A stretch of DNA of 59,500 nt, filler included, from Circinaria calcarea (Eukaryota): the NCBI GenBank assembly GCA_051942165.1. It is 10 parts of 10 records of this genome, joined end to end, with 100 filler letters (N's around TTAATTAATTAA, not from the genome) between each part and the next. Parts side by side here need not be neighbours in the genome. Positions count along the whole stretch, not along the records: positions 47,718 to 53,569 come from JAVECS010001768.1; positions 53,670 to 59,500 come from JAVECS010001770.1; 8 more parts are not named here. One strand, given 5' to 3'. Below, piece after piece: positions 49,230 to 59,500 of this stretch; within the stretch, counting starts at the first letter, position 1, and each line of letters starts with the position of its first letter. The notes under the pieces are model-generated. The model had not been told where the DNA came from. It made no database searches and saw only the letters and a program-made list of their open reading frames with translations. Both the position numbers and the translations under genes were made by a program.

Positions 49230-50578
49230 TCCAGCAAGAGCGTCCACCAAACTATGCCGATTGGAACGGTTTCCTGATGCTCGTACCGCACGTGACAGTG
49301 CCTTCAGCACTTGAAGTTACACCATTCCGGTCTATCAAGTACTATTTGCACGGCTTTCTTGCGTAATCCAGACCTATACCGTGGCAGTCGTCTGAGTCTT
49401 CCGGTGATTCGTGTCTCGGTTCTATAAATGCAAGACCTGGAACAAGCTCGCTCACGAAAAGGGAGCACTAAAAAGCGGACGGAACACTTCAAACGAGGAA
49501 CCTGAACAGGTTTAAAACCTATACCTAGGCAAGCGTTGTTTCCCAGCAATCTTGCGAACAGGCTACTTCCACAACCCGTTCAAGACAGCAACGACAGTGC
49601 AAAATAGAGCTAGAATAAAGAAGCATCTACTGATCTAGGGGATCAGTCCACCTCTGCAGTTCTGTAACACTTTGCATGGACAATTATGGGGTCATCAATT
49701 CGCCTCAGGAACGGCCGCAGGGGAAGGAGGTGCGAGTATCGAGGGGCTTGTGTGTGATAGCAGGCTTTGAAGTCCCATCATAGCTATCAATCCAGGCTGA
49801 AACACGATTCCAACACTGAGACCAGAGTGAGTCAAATCATATGGACATTAGGGTGGGTGGACTTTGGATGTATACAAAGTAAGGTCGGGCTACGATAATG
49901 CGTTGGTACCTAGTCGCCTGGCAGGAAATTGGTATCCAGGATAGGGTCAGGACCAAACCCGTTAGATGGTTTCGTAGCCTTGAGTTTGTGCATGATGAGT
50001 TTCGTATATGTTGGTGTTTGTTTCTCATGTTGCCCAGAACATTAGGAGTACCAGCTACTCCTCGGAATCAGTTAAACCCCTTTGACTCTTGCTTACTCTA
50101 TGCCTACCGCGCACATTCCTTTGGCCGAGCTAAACTTTGTCAAGTAGTAGCCAATCAATCTACCGGCGCTTATAACTTTAATTCTGTTTTCCCCGGATTA
50201 TCAGGTGGTGATGACATCATTTGGCAATCTGTTGGGATTCCGAATGACATCATTGAGTGCAAGGGATCTCTCAAGCTTTCCTTTTTTTACTCCACACCCA
50301 AAACTCTCCACTTCGTCAAACATCGTCACATAACATCTGAGTCTGAGAATCCCCATATCTATTTCGCGTTGGTTATCGTAACAACCTTTTCTGTCCCCAT
50401 TGTGACATCATCACTGTGCATTCCACCTTTGGTCAACATTTCGTGTCGAGACGGCCTTTGAAGACGCGTGAGACCTCAAATTCAACCCTCCCACGCAATT
50501 TTCTCCAACCGGGTTATCGACAACGTCAGCGATTCTCCATAATTCTGAACTTAGTGGTAGCAGACCTAAGCCTTCACG

Positions 50579-51118
50579 ATGGCCTTCAAAGAAACCGCCT
50601 CGAACTCTGCTGGTGGCTTCATTCCCTTCATCATCAACACGATTCTCCGCTTCTTTCAATTCGGCCTTGCTATTACAGTCATAGGCCTCTATGGCACAGA
50701 TCTCGACAACGCGCGCAAAAGAGGCGTTAGCGCCGATGGGAAATGGGTGTACGCGGTGGTTGTCGGTGTCCTTGCAGCCTTGACTGCTCTCGTCTACATG
50801 GTACCTCTTATCAAGAGCTACATGGCATTCGGATGGGATACCGTTCTCTTGTGAGCTTGTCCCTCGGACCAATATGGCTGATGAGCGTGAGCTAAACGGA
50901 TCTGTAGCATACTGTGGGCCGCCGTTTTCGGCATCTTTGGGAGAATGTACATCAATGAGGACTCGGAAGGTGATGCGGGTGTGCAGAGAATGAAAAATTC
51001 AGTCTGGGTGGATCTGACCAATATGTTACTTTGGCTAATTAGTGCGCTGTATGGGGCATTCATGTTCTTCAGGAACAGGAGAAATCGATCTCTCCACACT
51101 GGGCGGGCGGTGGTCTAG
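50579..51118 (+). CDS. MARVEL-domain four-TM membrane protein, 2 exons (intron 50851-50907)
   Basis: ILRFFQFGLAITVIGLYG..KWVYAVVVG..WDTVLF|ILWAAVFGIFG..MKNSVWVDLTNMLLWLIS. Confidence 0.85.
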
Positions 51119-51395
51119 GAGACCATAAGATATGACAAGGGATTAAGCGGGCATTGAGGGGTCGAATGTCCACTCTGTGCGATTGTCCGTCTGGGATTCT
51201 TAAGGAAAGCTGCCGAAGAGCGAGTGCTTGCTTTTTGCCTGTTTCTCGCATTATACCACTTTTGTCGGTTTGTACTATCATTACAGCTCACCTACCTTCC
51301 TCTAATCAATTAAGTCTTCGCAGAATTTTGTAAGAAGAATGTTAGTTATGTCAACCGATAGAATCCATTAGGTAAGGATGATCCCTACTAGTATA

Positions 51396-51664
51396 ACATA
51401 GCTCCGATGTACACCTACTGTGGTTGCAGGGCACAACAAATATGATCGTTGTCCTCTTGCAATAATTTTAGAAGGCCCAAACAACAGTTTGCCTTGTAAT
51501 GGAAAGATGGAATATACACCGGAGGATGACCCTCCATATCACACCTCTTTCTGTGAAAAGGGATCCATCCAGCCTTTTGCTAAGTATATAGTACCGGAGT
51601 TGGTTCGAAACCCGCCGTCAATATCTGGTTATATCTACGACCACAGTACAACGGAGGAGCTATG
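51396..51664. mobile_element. Degenerate MITE-like element (~270 bp) with imperfect terminal inverted repeats
   Basis: Left end CATAGCTCCGATGTACACCTACTGTGGTTGCAG versus reverse complement of right end CATAGCTCCTCCGTTGTACTGTGGTCGTAG; left end preceded by TA. Confidence 0.5.
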
Positions 51665-53398
51665 CTGCTGCTATCTTGGCTTGATCAGGGTATTTTGATC
51701 AGCGTATGAAGTTATATGTATGCACTTACTGGTAGTTGCTATTGGTATTCAAATGTCAGGTCATACTGTGTACAGTAAAAGCCCCACCCAACCGTACCGT
51801 AGCCTGGTATGAATTGTGGTAGCTTTAAGGATTTGTGATGACCTTCGGAGCATCCGGAGGGGGGGGGGATTTCTCTCTAAGCGAGATGGTATTAAAATAT
51901 ACTGCGTAGTGGAATAAAAGTTATACGTGAAGCGAGAAAAATAAAAACAAAACCTCTATATAAGCCATAGCGATCAATTAACGTGTATATATTCTTTTTT
52001 TCTCGTACGATCATTGCTATGATAACTGGATTAATATAAATTCACACCACCGCTCCCCGCTCCCACTCCCGCTGCTAGCTTTGTAATAGTTATCGACAAA
52101 TATCTAATGATGTTTAGCTCTCTCGAATCCCCTTTTGTCGTTTTTTTCTTTTCTAAAGGATGGGTCGTGCCAGTCAGTTCCTTTCCGGATACTTTGTCTT
52201 TCCGTGCCGTTCATTTCGTTCGTTCGGTCGGTCCCCTTCAAAACGGGACTTCCTATATTACACTCAACTCTGCTGTATACAAGTAGATGAGATGGAATTT
52301 CAACGATTATTGGGGATCGAGAACTAAAAATTCCTTCATCTCAGACACTATGTAAATGCGTGGACGAGTACAGTGGTATATATACTTTCTAGGCCTCATC
52401 CCCGCGTGCTTATATTCATCCCGAAAAAAATATAAACTTCTTTTCTGCCTATATGTCCTTTCTACCTAGTCAGTACATGGAAGCTGTTCTATTCCTGCTT
52501 AAGGGGAAACCCCTCCCCCCCCACCGCTCTAATGTAGGTTCACGAAAAAAATCCACGCACGCACCTTCCCCGACTAGCGAGGAAAAAGCAGTTTTTACAC
52601 ATGGGTACTTAGATCCCCTTTCCTTTGGCTCCTTCGTAAAACCCTATTTGATGGAAAGGGCGGAAAGAAGGGCTTAGGTATGGGATGGGATTACGAAGTA
52701 TGACATTTGAAGAGCCTCAATTCCCTGGGCCTTGAATCGTTTGGTAATGCGTTTGGAAATTCATAAGGGAACATCTTGCTTTGCAAATGTCCAATGCTGG
52801 GGGGATGTCTGGACTGGGACCCGAGTACAGCAGGGAGAAAAAAAAAGGAGGGTGGAAAGTGGGTTGAAGTGATTCTCTCGAATACTATTTCAACGAGAAT
52901 AAGTATAAAGGGGAAACATCGCCGATTAGGCGGCCAAAGCCGGCCGCAATCTACCTGGGAGAAACCACATCCTAGCGCTAGAAAATCCCCGGTTCGAGGT
53001 GGGGTATTTTACGTGAATGAGTCTTGGAATTGGACTGGGTGGCTGCTGCCTGCCCGCTAGGGCTACTTCAATTTTATTCTATCCGCTCGTGAAAGTACTT
53101 CCCTCCCACCTGCTGCGGTTCCAAACCACGCATCGATACCACGTCCCACACTTGCTCCTCGTGTAGCATACTAGGCTCTGAATTGGGTTTCGGACTATAT
53201 CAAGGTACATGCTCATTGAACTCCCGTTCGTGGACGGAAAGTGCACCTTTCTTCGTTTGCTATTGCTAATCAACCTCTATAGCCTTGGGAAAAGTCCATA
53301 TTTTGCATCCGTATAGGTAGTCCCTTCCCGTCTAATCATGTTATCGTTTCATGAAAAGACACCATTCCACGTCTAATCTATGCAGTAGGCTGGAAGTC

Positions 53399-53569
53399 AT
53401 GCCTGAACTGTACATTGCCATGTACAAACCCAGATTCGGAAACTATGAGCATTGGGCCTTGTGTCTGAAGGACGATGGCGACTGGACGGTCTTCGAAGTA
53501 ATAGGACAGCATGGGGAGTTTAAGAGAAATTCTCTACCAATGGACCCGGAAAGCAGCCTTAGGCACAAG
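53399..53569 (+). CDS. Small fungal hypothetical protein with HWAL motif (DUF6540-like); 3' truncated
   Basis: MPELYIAMYKPRFGNYEHWALCL..WTVFEVIG; family assignment from motif memory only. Confidence 0.5.
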
Positions 53570-53669
53570 NNNNNNNNNNNNNNNNNNNNNNNNNNNNNNN
53601 NNNNNNNNNNNNNTTAATTAATTAANNNNNNNNNNNNNNNNNNNNNNNNNNNNNNNNNNNNNNNNNNNN
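53570..53669. other. Artificial contig spacer 9
   Basis: N44-TTAATTAATTAA-N44. Confidence 0.99.
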
Positions 53670-53902
53670 TTATCGTAACCGGAGAATGGCCGTGGCGGCA
53701 CGTTCAATGTGGCAGATGAAGTGCTGGCGGTGGGCGGAGGTACAGGAGATAGAGGATCGTCAATGGGGAGAGCGGAGTTGTAAAAGAAGTGAGCGTTGAG
53801 CTTGGGTGCAGTTTCGGACACCATGGAGGCTCTTCGAGTGAATGAGTTTGTCTCGACATGTAGCGAGCATGTCGGGCCGTAGGTGTGTGGTTCTGAGGCC
53901 AT
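53670..53902 (-). CDS. N-terminus of a probable DDHD-domain phospholipase A1; 3' truncated
   Basis: AHFFYNSALPIDDPLSPVPPP..PPRPFS resembles the N-terminus of filamentous-fungal DDHD proteins; the catalytic part is not in the window. Confidence 0.55.
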
Positions 53903-54659
53903 TCTAAATTACCTTACAGCCAGCCAGACAATCAGCATAAGGGGACAACTGGTGGAAGAAGAGCGTACAAATCATACCGACCCTGCCTGCAGGTGCCTAA
54001 AGAGAGCAATACCAGGCTCCTCTTGTTTGGATAACGAAGGTCGAAAGGCAATATCAACAAGCAAACATAGGGATAATGACAGCACCTGTGCCGTGTCTGC
54101 AGAGGAGTGCGGGTTTAGGATGAGGGTAGAGGAGGTTTGGTGAAAGAGGAGTGGTGTCGAAATGTATCATGGTACGATGGGACGACATGTTGATCGGTCC
54201 TGCGAAGTTTTGCACGTCCGATAGTCCGGAAGGAGGCAACCTGCAGATATGAGGAAGTGACGTCGTTGTATCCACCACCGAGCACGCGCTCGATCAACGT
54301 GCAGTGACTCGCATCGTTATTAATATTAAAGCGTGGCCACTACTTTGTATAGTATATCAGAGGCCGCCAACCGATAGAGAATAGACTAATATGGTAGTCC
54401 CCGGCGGGGGAGAGTGGGGAGCTAGCATTTAGGCCAAGCCCGATGCCCTTCCACCCTTCTTCTGGACGTAGCTAAGTACCAGCTGGCTTCACGAGAAAGG
54501 GAATACATCGAAATGGCCAGCTGAGCGCAAAGTCTCCAGTCTCCTTCATCTCTCCCTTCAGCCTTGGTATTGAGATAACCAGGGAGAGCTTCTCATCCAC
54601 CCACGATGCCCGCCACTCTTCATCGATGACACAAGACCACAGCAATCCATCTCGATAAA

Positions 54660-56048
54660 ATGTATGCCCTCATCAGCAGACTCTCCCTCCTCACCCTCTA
54701 CCTCGCTGCTCTCCTCTTCTCCACCCTTCCCCCAGCCTCCGCCGACGTCCAATTCTGCAAGCCCAACCCCCCTCACCTCTGCCTCGCCCTCTCCACCTAC
54801 GAAAACACCACCTCCGCCTCCCACGACTTCTACCTCTCCCTCACCTTCCGCCGCCCCACCGCCTCCCCCCTCGGCTGGACCGCCGTCGGCATCGGCTCCA
54901 GTATGGCTGGGGCTGTGATGATCGTCGTCTACGGCGACCCGGCGAGCTCTGAGCCGCCAACCGTGAGCATCCGCACCGCGACGGGCCACCGCCAACCGAC
55001 TCTCCTCTCCGCCGCCGACGAGCTCCCTGCACTCACCGGTCTTGCCAGCGAGTTCACGAGGGACAAGGCAGATATTCGCGTTGTCAGGTCCGTCTGGGAA
55101 CCTTCAACTGACAAGGCCCCCCAGGCGACCATTTCCTTACTACTCTACTCCCGCTCCGTCAAGTCTCTCCTCTCAACTTCTCAGCCCTGGATTTGGGCCG
55201 TCAATCCCATGCAAGAGCTCTCGTCTTTCGGCCCCGACGCCAACCTTAATATCCACACCTCCAATGGGCGCTTCTTCGTCGACATGCCGCGCTCCTTTTC
55301 CCCTGGCGATCTTCCCCCGGACTTCCCGATCATCTATCCCAGCAAGCTCAACATCGGCACATCCGAATCCCCGATGTGGGACAAACCCTCCCAGCCCGGT
55401 ACCACCACCACTTCCACTCTTAACCCCGCCCTCCGCGCCAACCTTTGGCACCTCCACGGCCTCCTTATGAGCATTTCTTTCCTCCTTCTCTTTCCCCTCG
55501 GTATCCTCGCCATCGCCTCCTCCTCCCCCAGAGCCTTTACTTACCACTGGAAGCTGCAACTCCTCGCCTCCGTTTTCGCGCTTCTAGGAATCACGCTCGC
55601 TATCACGCTCAGCACCGCTATCGTGCTCGTGCACCAATACGTCGGTTTCCTCGTTGCGGTTCTCCTGTTCCTACAGGTTACAGCGGGATATCGCCACCAT
55701 GTGCTCTTCTTGCGCTACAAACACCGCACATGGATTTCGCAGACACATATCTGGCTGGGGAGATCTGTCGTGGTGATTGGATGGATGAATCTCGTAGCGG
55801 GGATGTTAAGAGGCGGGTACGGGAAGCTTGGTATCGGGGCCGTGGAGCTGTTAATGGTGCTGGAGATGATCGTGTTGGTGTTGTGGTTAGTGAGGAAATG
55901 GACCCGGATGCGGAAAACCGCCGGTGAAGGTGGCAAGGGTGCTCCGCAGATTGTAACGCGAGGCGAAGATGGAGAGGAGTACTTTGCGCTGGTGGGTGAG
56001 GGGGATGAAGACGGAGAGGAAGACGAGGGGAAAGTAAACAGGGAGTGA
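54660..56048 (+). CDS. DOMON-like (CDH-type cytochrome) domain + cytochrome b561 membrane protein
   Basis: Signal peptide; GWTAVGIGSSMAGAVM (candidate Met ligand)..WIWA..LNIH (candidate His ligand); b561 histidines in HGLLM, YHWKLQ, HQYVG, RHH, HIWLGR; intronless. Confidence 0.88.
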   Translation: MYALISRLSLLTLYLAALLFSTLPPASADVQFCKPNPPHLCLALSTYENTTSASHDFYLSLTFRRPTASPLGWTAVGIGSSMAGAVMIVVYGDPASSEPPTVSIRTATGHRQPTLLSAADELPALTGLASEFTRDKADIRVVRSVWEPSTDKAPQATISLLLYSRSVKSLLSTSQPWIWAVNPMQELSSFGPDANLNIHTSNGRFFVDMPRSFSPGDLPPDFPIIYPSKLNIGTSESPMWDKPSQPGTTTTSTLNPALRANLWHLHGLLMSISFLLLFPLGILAIASSSPRAFTYHWKLQLLASVFALLGITLAITLSTAIVLVHQYVGFLVAVLLFLQVTAGYRHHVLFLRYKHRTWISQTHIWLGRSVVVIGWMNLVAGMLRGGYGKLGIGAVELLMVLEMIVLVLWLVRKWTRMRKTAGEGGKGAPQIVTRGEDGEEYFALVGEGDEDGEEDEGKVNRE

Positions 56049-56636
56049 GAAGGGAAAAGGTGGAAATTGAGATGAAGCACTCATTGCACTGGAGCAGGGT
56101 GAATCTTTGATGCATACTTGAATAGAGCTAGCACCGTCCCATTTTAGCATAGCTGATTCGACTGTCCATCTTCCTTCCCACCTGAAACTACCTCATAACT
56201 GGCAAATTTTGGATTTCCTGCCTAGGTGTAAGCTCAACAGCGGGAGCAGTCGTCCTTTCTGAATTCTCAGCCGCCAATCTATTATGCGTAACCCACCTCT
56301 ATCCGTGAAACCCCAAGTCTTTTCAAGCGAGCCTTGAAGCTGTCGAGCAAGGACCGTGGGCCATACTCTATACCCTATACCCTAATCCACATTCAGCAAT
56401 CCCTTCGCCCGCGTCCCAGGTTTTGAGGCTCCCAGGCCATGTCGTTTATGTGGTACGATGGACGGGCGGTTCAGGTCACCTGTCCCTATGTATGCCCCAT
56501 TGGTATCGTACAGTTGGGCGTTGGTAGCGAGCCCTTGTAAGCTGTGTGCCAAACCAACGCACCGTAGAGGGGCCACTAGAGCACTGATTGGGAAATTCAA
56601 GGTGTCCACAGGGCTTGTACGGAAAATCCCGTCAGC

Positions 56637-57977
56637 TCAAGCAAACCCCTTAATCACCGCCGCTTCAGCGTTCAATAACGACGCCCCCGCTGCGCCAATA
56701 ATCGCTGCCGCAAATATCAGCCGGAACCTTCTCTCTCCCAAAGGATAGGTAATGACATACTATTATGACTCAGCGCCACAAACTTCAAATCCCAGATCCC
56801 GCTCGGGTCTTCCCTGACCCTTCCCACACTGACAGCATATCCTCTGCCCGTCTCCCTATCAAGTCGCGGCTGCGGTCTGTCCAGCTCCTCCATGACTACG
56901 ATCGTTTGGGGAGGTGCCGAAGGGCATTGGAGGGTTTGGACCTCCGATGTGTGATTTCTCATGGTTTCTTTAACCTCCTCTGCGGTTGGGGGAGGCCGGC
57001 GCTGGAATCTGAGGTCGACGCAGGCGAGGTGACCATCTAGGACTGCTACCCTGTTGTCATGTAAGAAATTGACCCGAAGAAAGGGCGGAGTCGAGATGTT
57101 TGGTACCTGTTGCAGGAGGCTGAGATCTTGAGCGGTTGGTCCACGAAACCCGTAACATCATCATTAACGCTCCCTAGCATCTTCTGCGCCTCAACCTCCA
57201 ACTTGTCCTCTTCGCCGGAGATATAGGGCACCACATTATCAAGGATATCCATGCTGCTGACGCCGGGGTAGCCTGCTCCTGAGATCTTTCTACTGCGTCA
57301 ACCAAAGGTGCGTGTACCAGACAACCTAAGAAGAGATGCAAAACGTACAGCCTGCATCGTCACGACAGAACAGCATTCAATTGGTCCAAACCTTGCTTGC
57401 AGCGCTGCGAATGGTACCACAAGCCCCACAACGGCACAGTTGCTATTGCACACCAAAATCCCCTTATCAAGCCCGTAGTGTTTCCGCTGGTGGTGGAGGA
57501 CTTCCAGGTGATTGATATTGACCGTCGGAGCAATAAGCGGGACCAAGGGATCCCGGCGGTAATTCTTTGCGTTGGAGAAAACCCGTAGGTTAGCTTTGAA
57601 AAATGCCATTTCTACCCACATCGCTATTAGCAGGAGCCTAACCACCACGTAAAGAAGCACACACCTATCTCTCCCGCCACATCGCTATCGAGTCCCGAGA
57701 AGACAATATCGCACTCTCGAAAGGCCTCGGGTATACATTTCTGGACGAGGAGGTTCCCTAGCTCTGGAGACATTGGCTGCGCCTGCTTCCATCGTACGAC
57801 ATCCTTGTACCGTTTACCGGCCGACCGCTCGCTGGCGCCGATGGTGGTCAAGGTGAAGTGCGGATGGTTAGCGAGGAGCAAAATGAAGCGCTGGCCAACG
57901 GAGCCCGTTGCGCCTAGGACTCCGCATTTCCTGGGCGGGAATCCAGGTTTATCGGAAGAGAAGTGCTCGATGTCCAT
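56637..57977 (-). CDS. HOM2: Aspartate-semialdehyde dehydrogenase; multi-exon
   Basis: [41 protein letters not shown] (catalytic Cys)..[53 protein letters not shown]. Confidence 0.96.
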
Positions 57978-59019
57978 TGGGAACAATGTATCCCTTACAA
58001 AGATATATAACTGCAAAAGAAACCCAAGGCTGACATTCGTAAAGCGGAGCAATTGGTGGTTCGAAATATTGTACAAACGTTTCTGAAAAGCTTCAATTGC
58101 AACTCATACTCACCCCCGCAGGAAAATTTTGGCTACCCCAGAAAATAGCGAACCTTAGCTTATCGATTATCCAAGCACAGTCCAGTCCGAAAAGGGACTC
58201 GCGTGAATACGAGCCCTAATTTCGATCTAAACAACCTAAGCGAGCTTTCTACCACAGTACACAAACCGCGTTCGAATTGCCCACAATTTTAAGCCTAGTC
58301 ATTGGGTTGAAGGGAGGTGACGATTCCTTTAAAAAAAATGTAAACAGCAAAAATCCACCGCAAACCCTCCTCCCTCTCACCCACATGAATTGTCAATAAA
58401 TATCCCTTCCAGATAGCACCGTCCTCCCAGGCTATTAAAACTTTCAAGCGTTCTTGCATCATCATTCAGTATTGCAGCACCAGCATATACCCAGTTACAA
58501 GTCAAATTGATTACAACCGTAGCGATTATTGCTCCATCGTAGATAGCAGTGATGACCTGGTAGAAGAGGCTTGAAAGAGTTAGGCGCGACATATACTGTT
58601 CATAGTACTATCATCCTTACGGAAACATGTACCTACATATTTCATAGAGTAACGTGGTGGACAGGATTAAATACGAGGAGATATCAACCGTGAATAACAT
58701 AATCGAAACATGAATGAGGATTACTATAATGGGAGTTATTGCGCCATGTCCCGTTAATATGTACTACATCTCACTTTGATCACTATGCAGATGGATCAAG
58801 GAGCTCAGAGCAACATTGCTATATAGAGAACGTATGGTAAGCATAAGCATATAACCACATGGGGTCCGCTGGGCTCGATCGTACATATTGCCAATTTTGA
58901 AAGCCAATAAAGCCAAAAACAGCAAATGCAACTCGGGCCATCCGACTGCCCACACCACCCCCATCGCAATCACCACCTCCACCACCCCACTTCACCCCCC
59001 ACCGAACTAGAGCTCGGTA

Positions 59020-59500
59020 TCACGAAGCCGGCGGAACCCAGGGCCTCGTGACACCGAACTCTAATTCGGTGGTCTCCTCCTCCTTCCTGCCCTTCGCCAT
59101 TAGGCGCAAGTGCTTCAGTTGTACGTCCTGAAAGTTCAGGAACGTAACCATGGGGGCCCCCAACAGCTCGAGGAGCATGTAGGCGTCCGACATGTGCTTT
59201 TTGATCACACTATCGGGGGCGCAGAACGTCCGCACGCTCATCTCAGTCGCCAGCGCCTTCCATGCTCGCATCATGGCCACTAAGGCGACCGGGTCGGCCT
59301 GCCTTGGGCCGTAGAACCGAACGGTCTCCAGGTTCATTTCGACAAGATCGTGCTGGGTCATCATGTCAAATTGAAACTCGATGACCTGCGGGCGGCCCTT
59401 GCGTCTCCAGTTCTTGATGGTGAGTGCAACAGACTCCAGGCTCAGACGGCTCCCCTTTTGCTCGCCGAGGAGGAACTGATTTGCGGTGACGGTGAGCATC
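59020..59500 (-). CDS. C-terminal part of a hypothetical fungal protein (5' end outside the window)
   Basis: Open frame from the window end to the stop at 59020 with globular-looking sequence (KGRPQVIEFQFD..MSVRTFCAPDSVIKKH); family not recognised. Confidence 0.7.
   Translation of the reverse strand, partial: MLTVTANQFLLGEQKGSRLSLESVALTIKNWRRKGRPQVIEFQFDMMTQHDLVEMNLETVRFYGPRQADPVALVAMMRAWKALATEMSVRTFCAPDSVIKKHMSDAYMLLELLGAPMVTFLNFQDVQLKHLRLMAKGRKEEETTELEFGVTRPWVPPAS

Noticed and set aside
5874..53669. Regularly spaced TTAATTAATTAA palindromes, superficially a dispersed repeat or CRISPR-like system
   Set aside because: Always centred in N44 blocks; an artificial six-frame-stop linker. ORFs ending in X..LIN are linker artefacts.
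54558..56150. Long antisense and alternate-frame ORFs over the DOMON/b561 gene
   Set aside because: Shadow ORFs caused by the strong C-rich (5') and G-rich (3') codon bias of the real gene.
1..59500. tRNA, rRNA, CRISPR arrays and prokaryotic operons
   Set aside because: The GTTCGA-like hits I checked (e.g. ~36560, ~52992, ~58270) lack cloverleaf context; no repeat-spacer arrays were seen; gene structure is eukaryotic throughout.

Overview
This is not one chromosomal locus. It is ten short contigs of a filamentous ascomycete (Pezizomycotina; inferred from gene content and short spliceosomal introns with CTRAY branch sites), joined by an artificial 100-nt spacer (44 N + TTAATTAATTAA + 44 N). 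The internal contigs fall in length from 5871 to 5852 nt, so adjacency across spacers is meaningless and several genes are cut at contig ends. Recognisable genes: a 14-exon prolyl aminopeptidase, a DUF1330-like protein with a PTS1 signal, a secreted pepsin-family protease, a membrane-anchored pepsin-like pseudoprotease, two GPI-type Ser/Thr-rich proteins, a large RRM protein, PMS1, an AreB-type GATA factor, a DHA2 MFS efflux pump divergent from a bZIP factor, Polycomb EED, a PAS protein, MccA, a MARVEL protein, a probable DDHD phospholipase, a DOMON-like/cytochrome b561 protein and HOM2. Non-genic features: a 479-bp MITE with ~135-bp TIRs, a probable second MITE family seen on two contigs, RIP-like mutated minisatellites around a telomere-repeat-containing hairpin, and an RBR E3-ligase pseudogene. 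The most unusual signal is a strictly periodic (x-x-N-x-G)10 solenoid-like module in the propeptide region of the secreted aspartic protease. All calls come from manual reading and motif recognition; no database searches were run, and exon boundaries are manual predictions.
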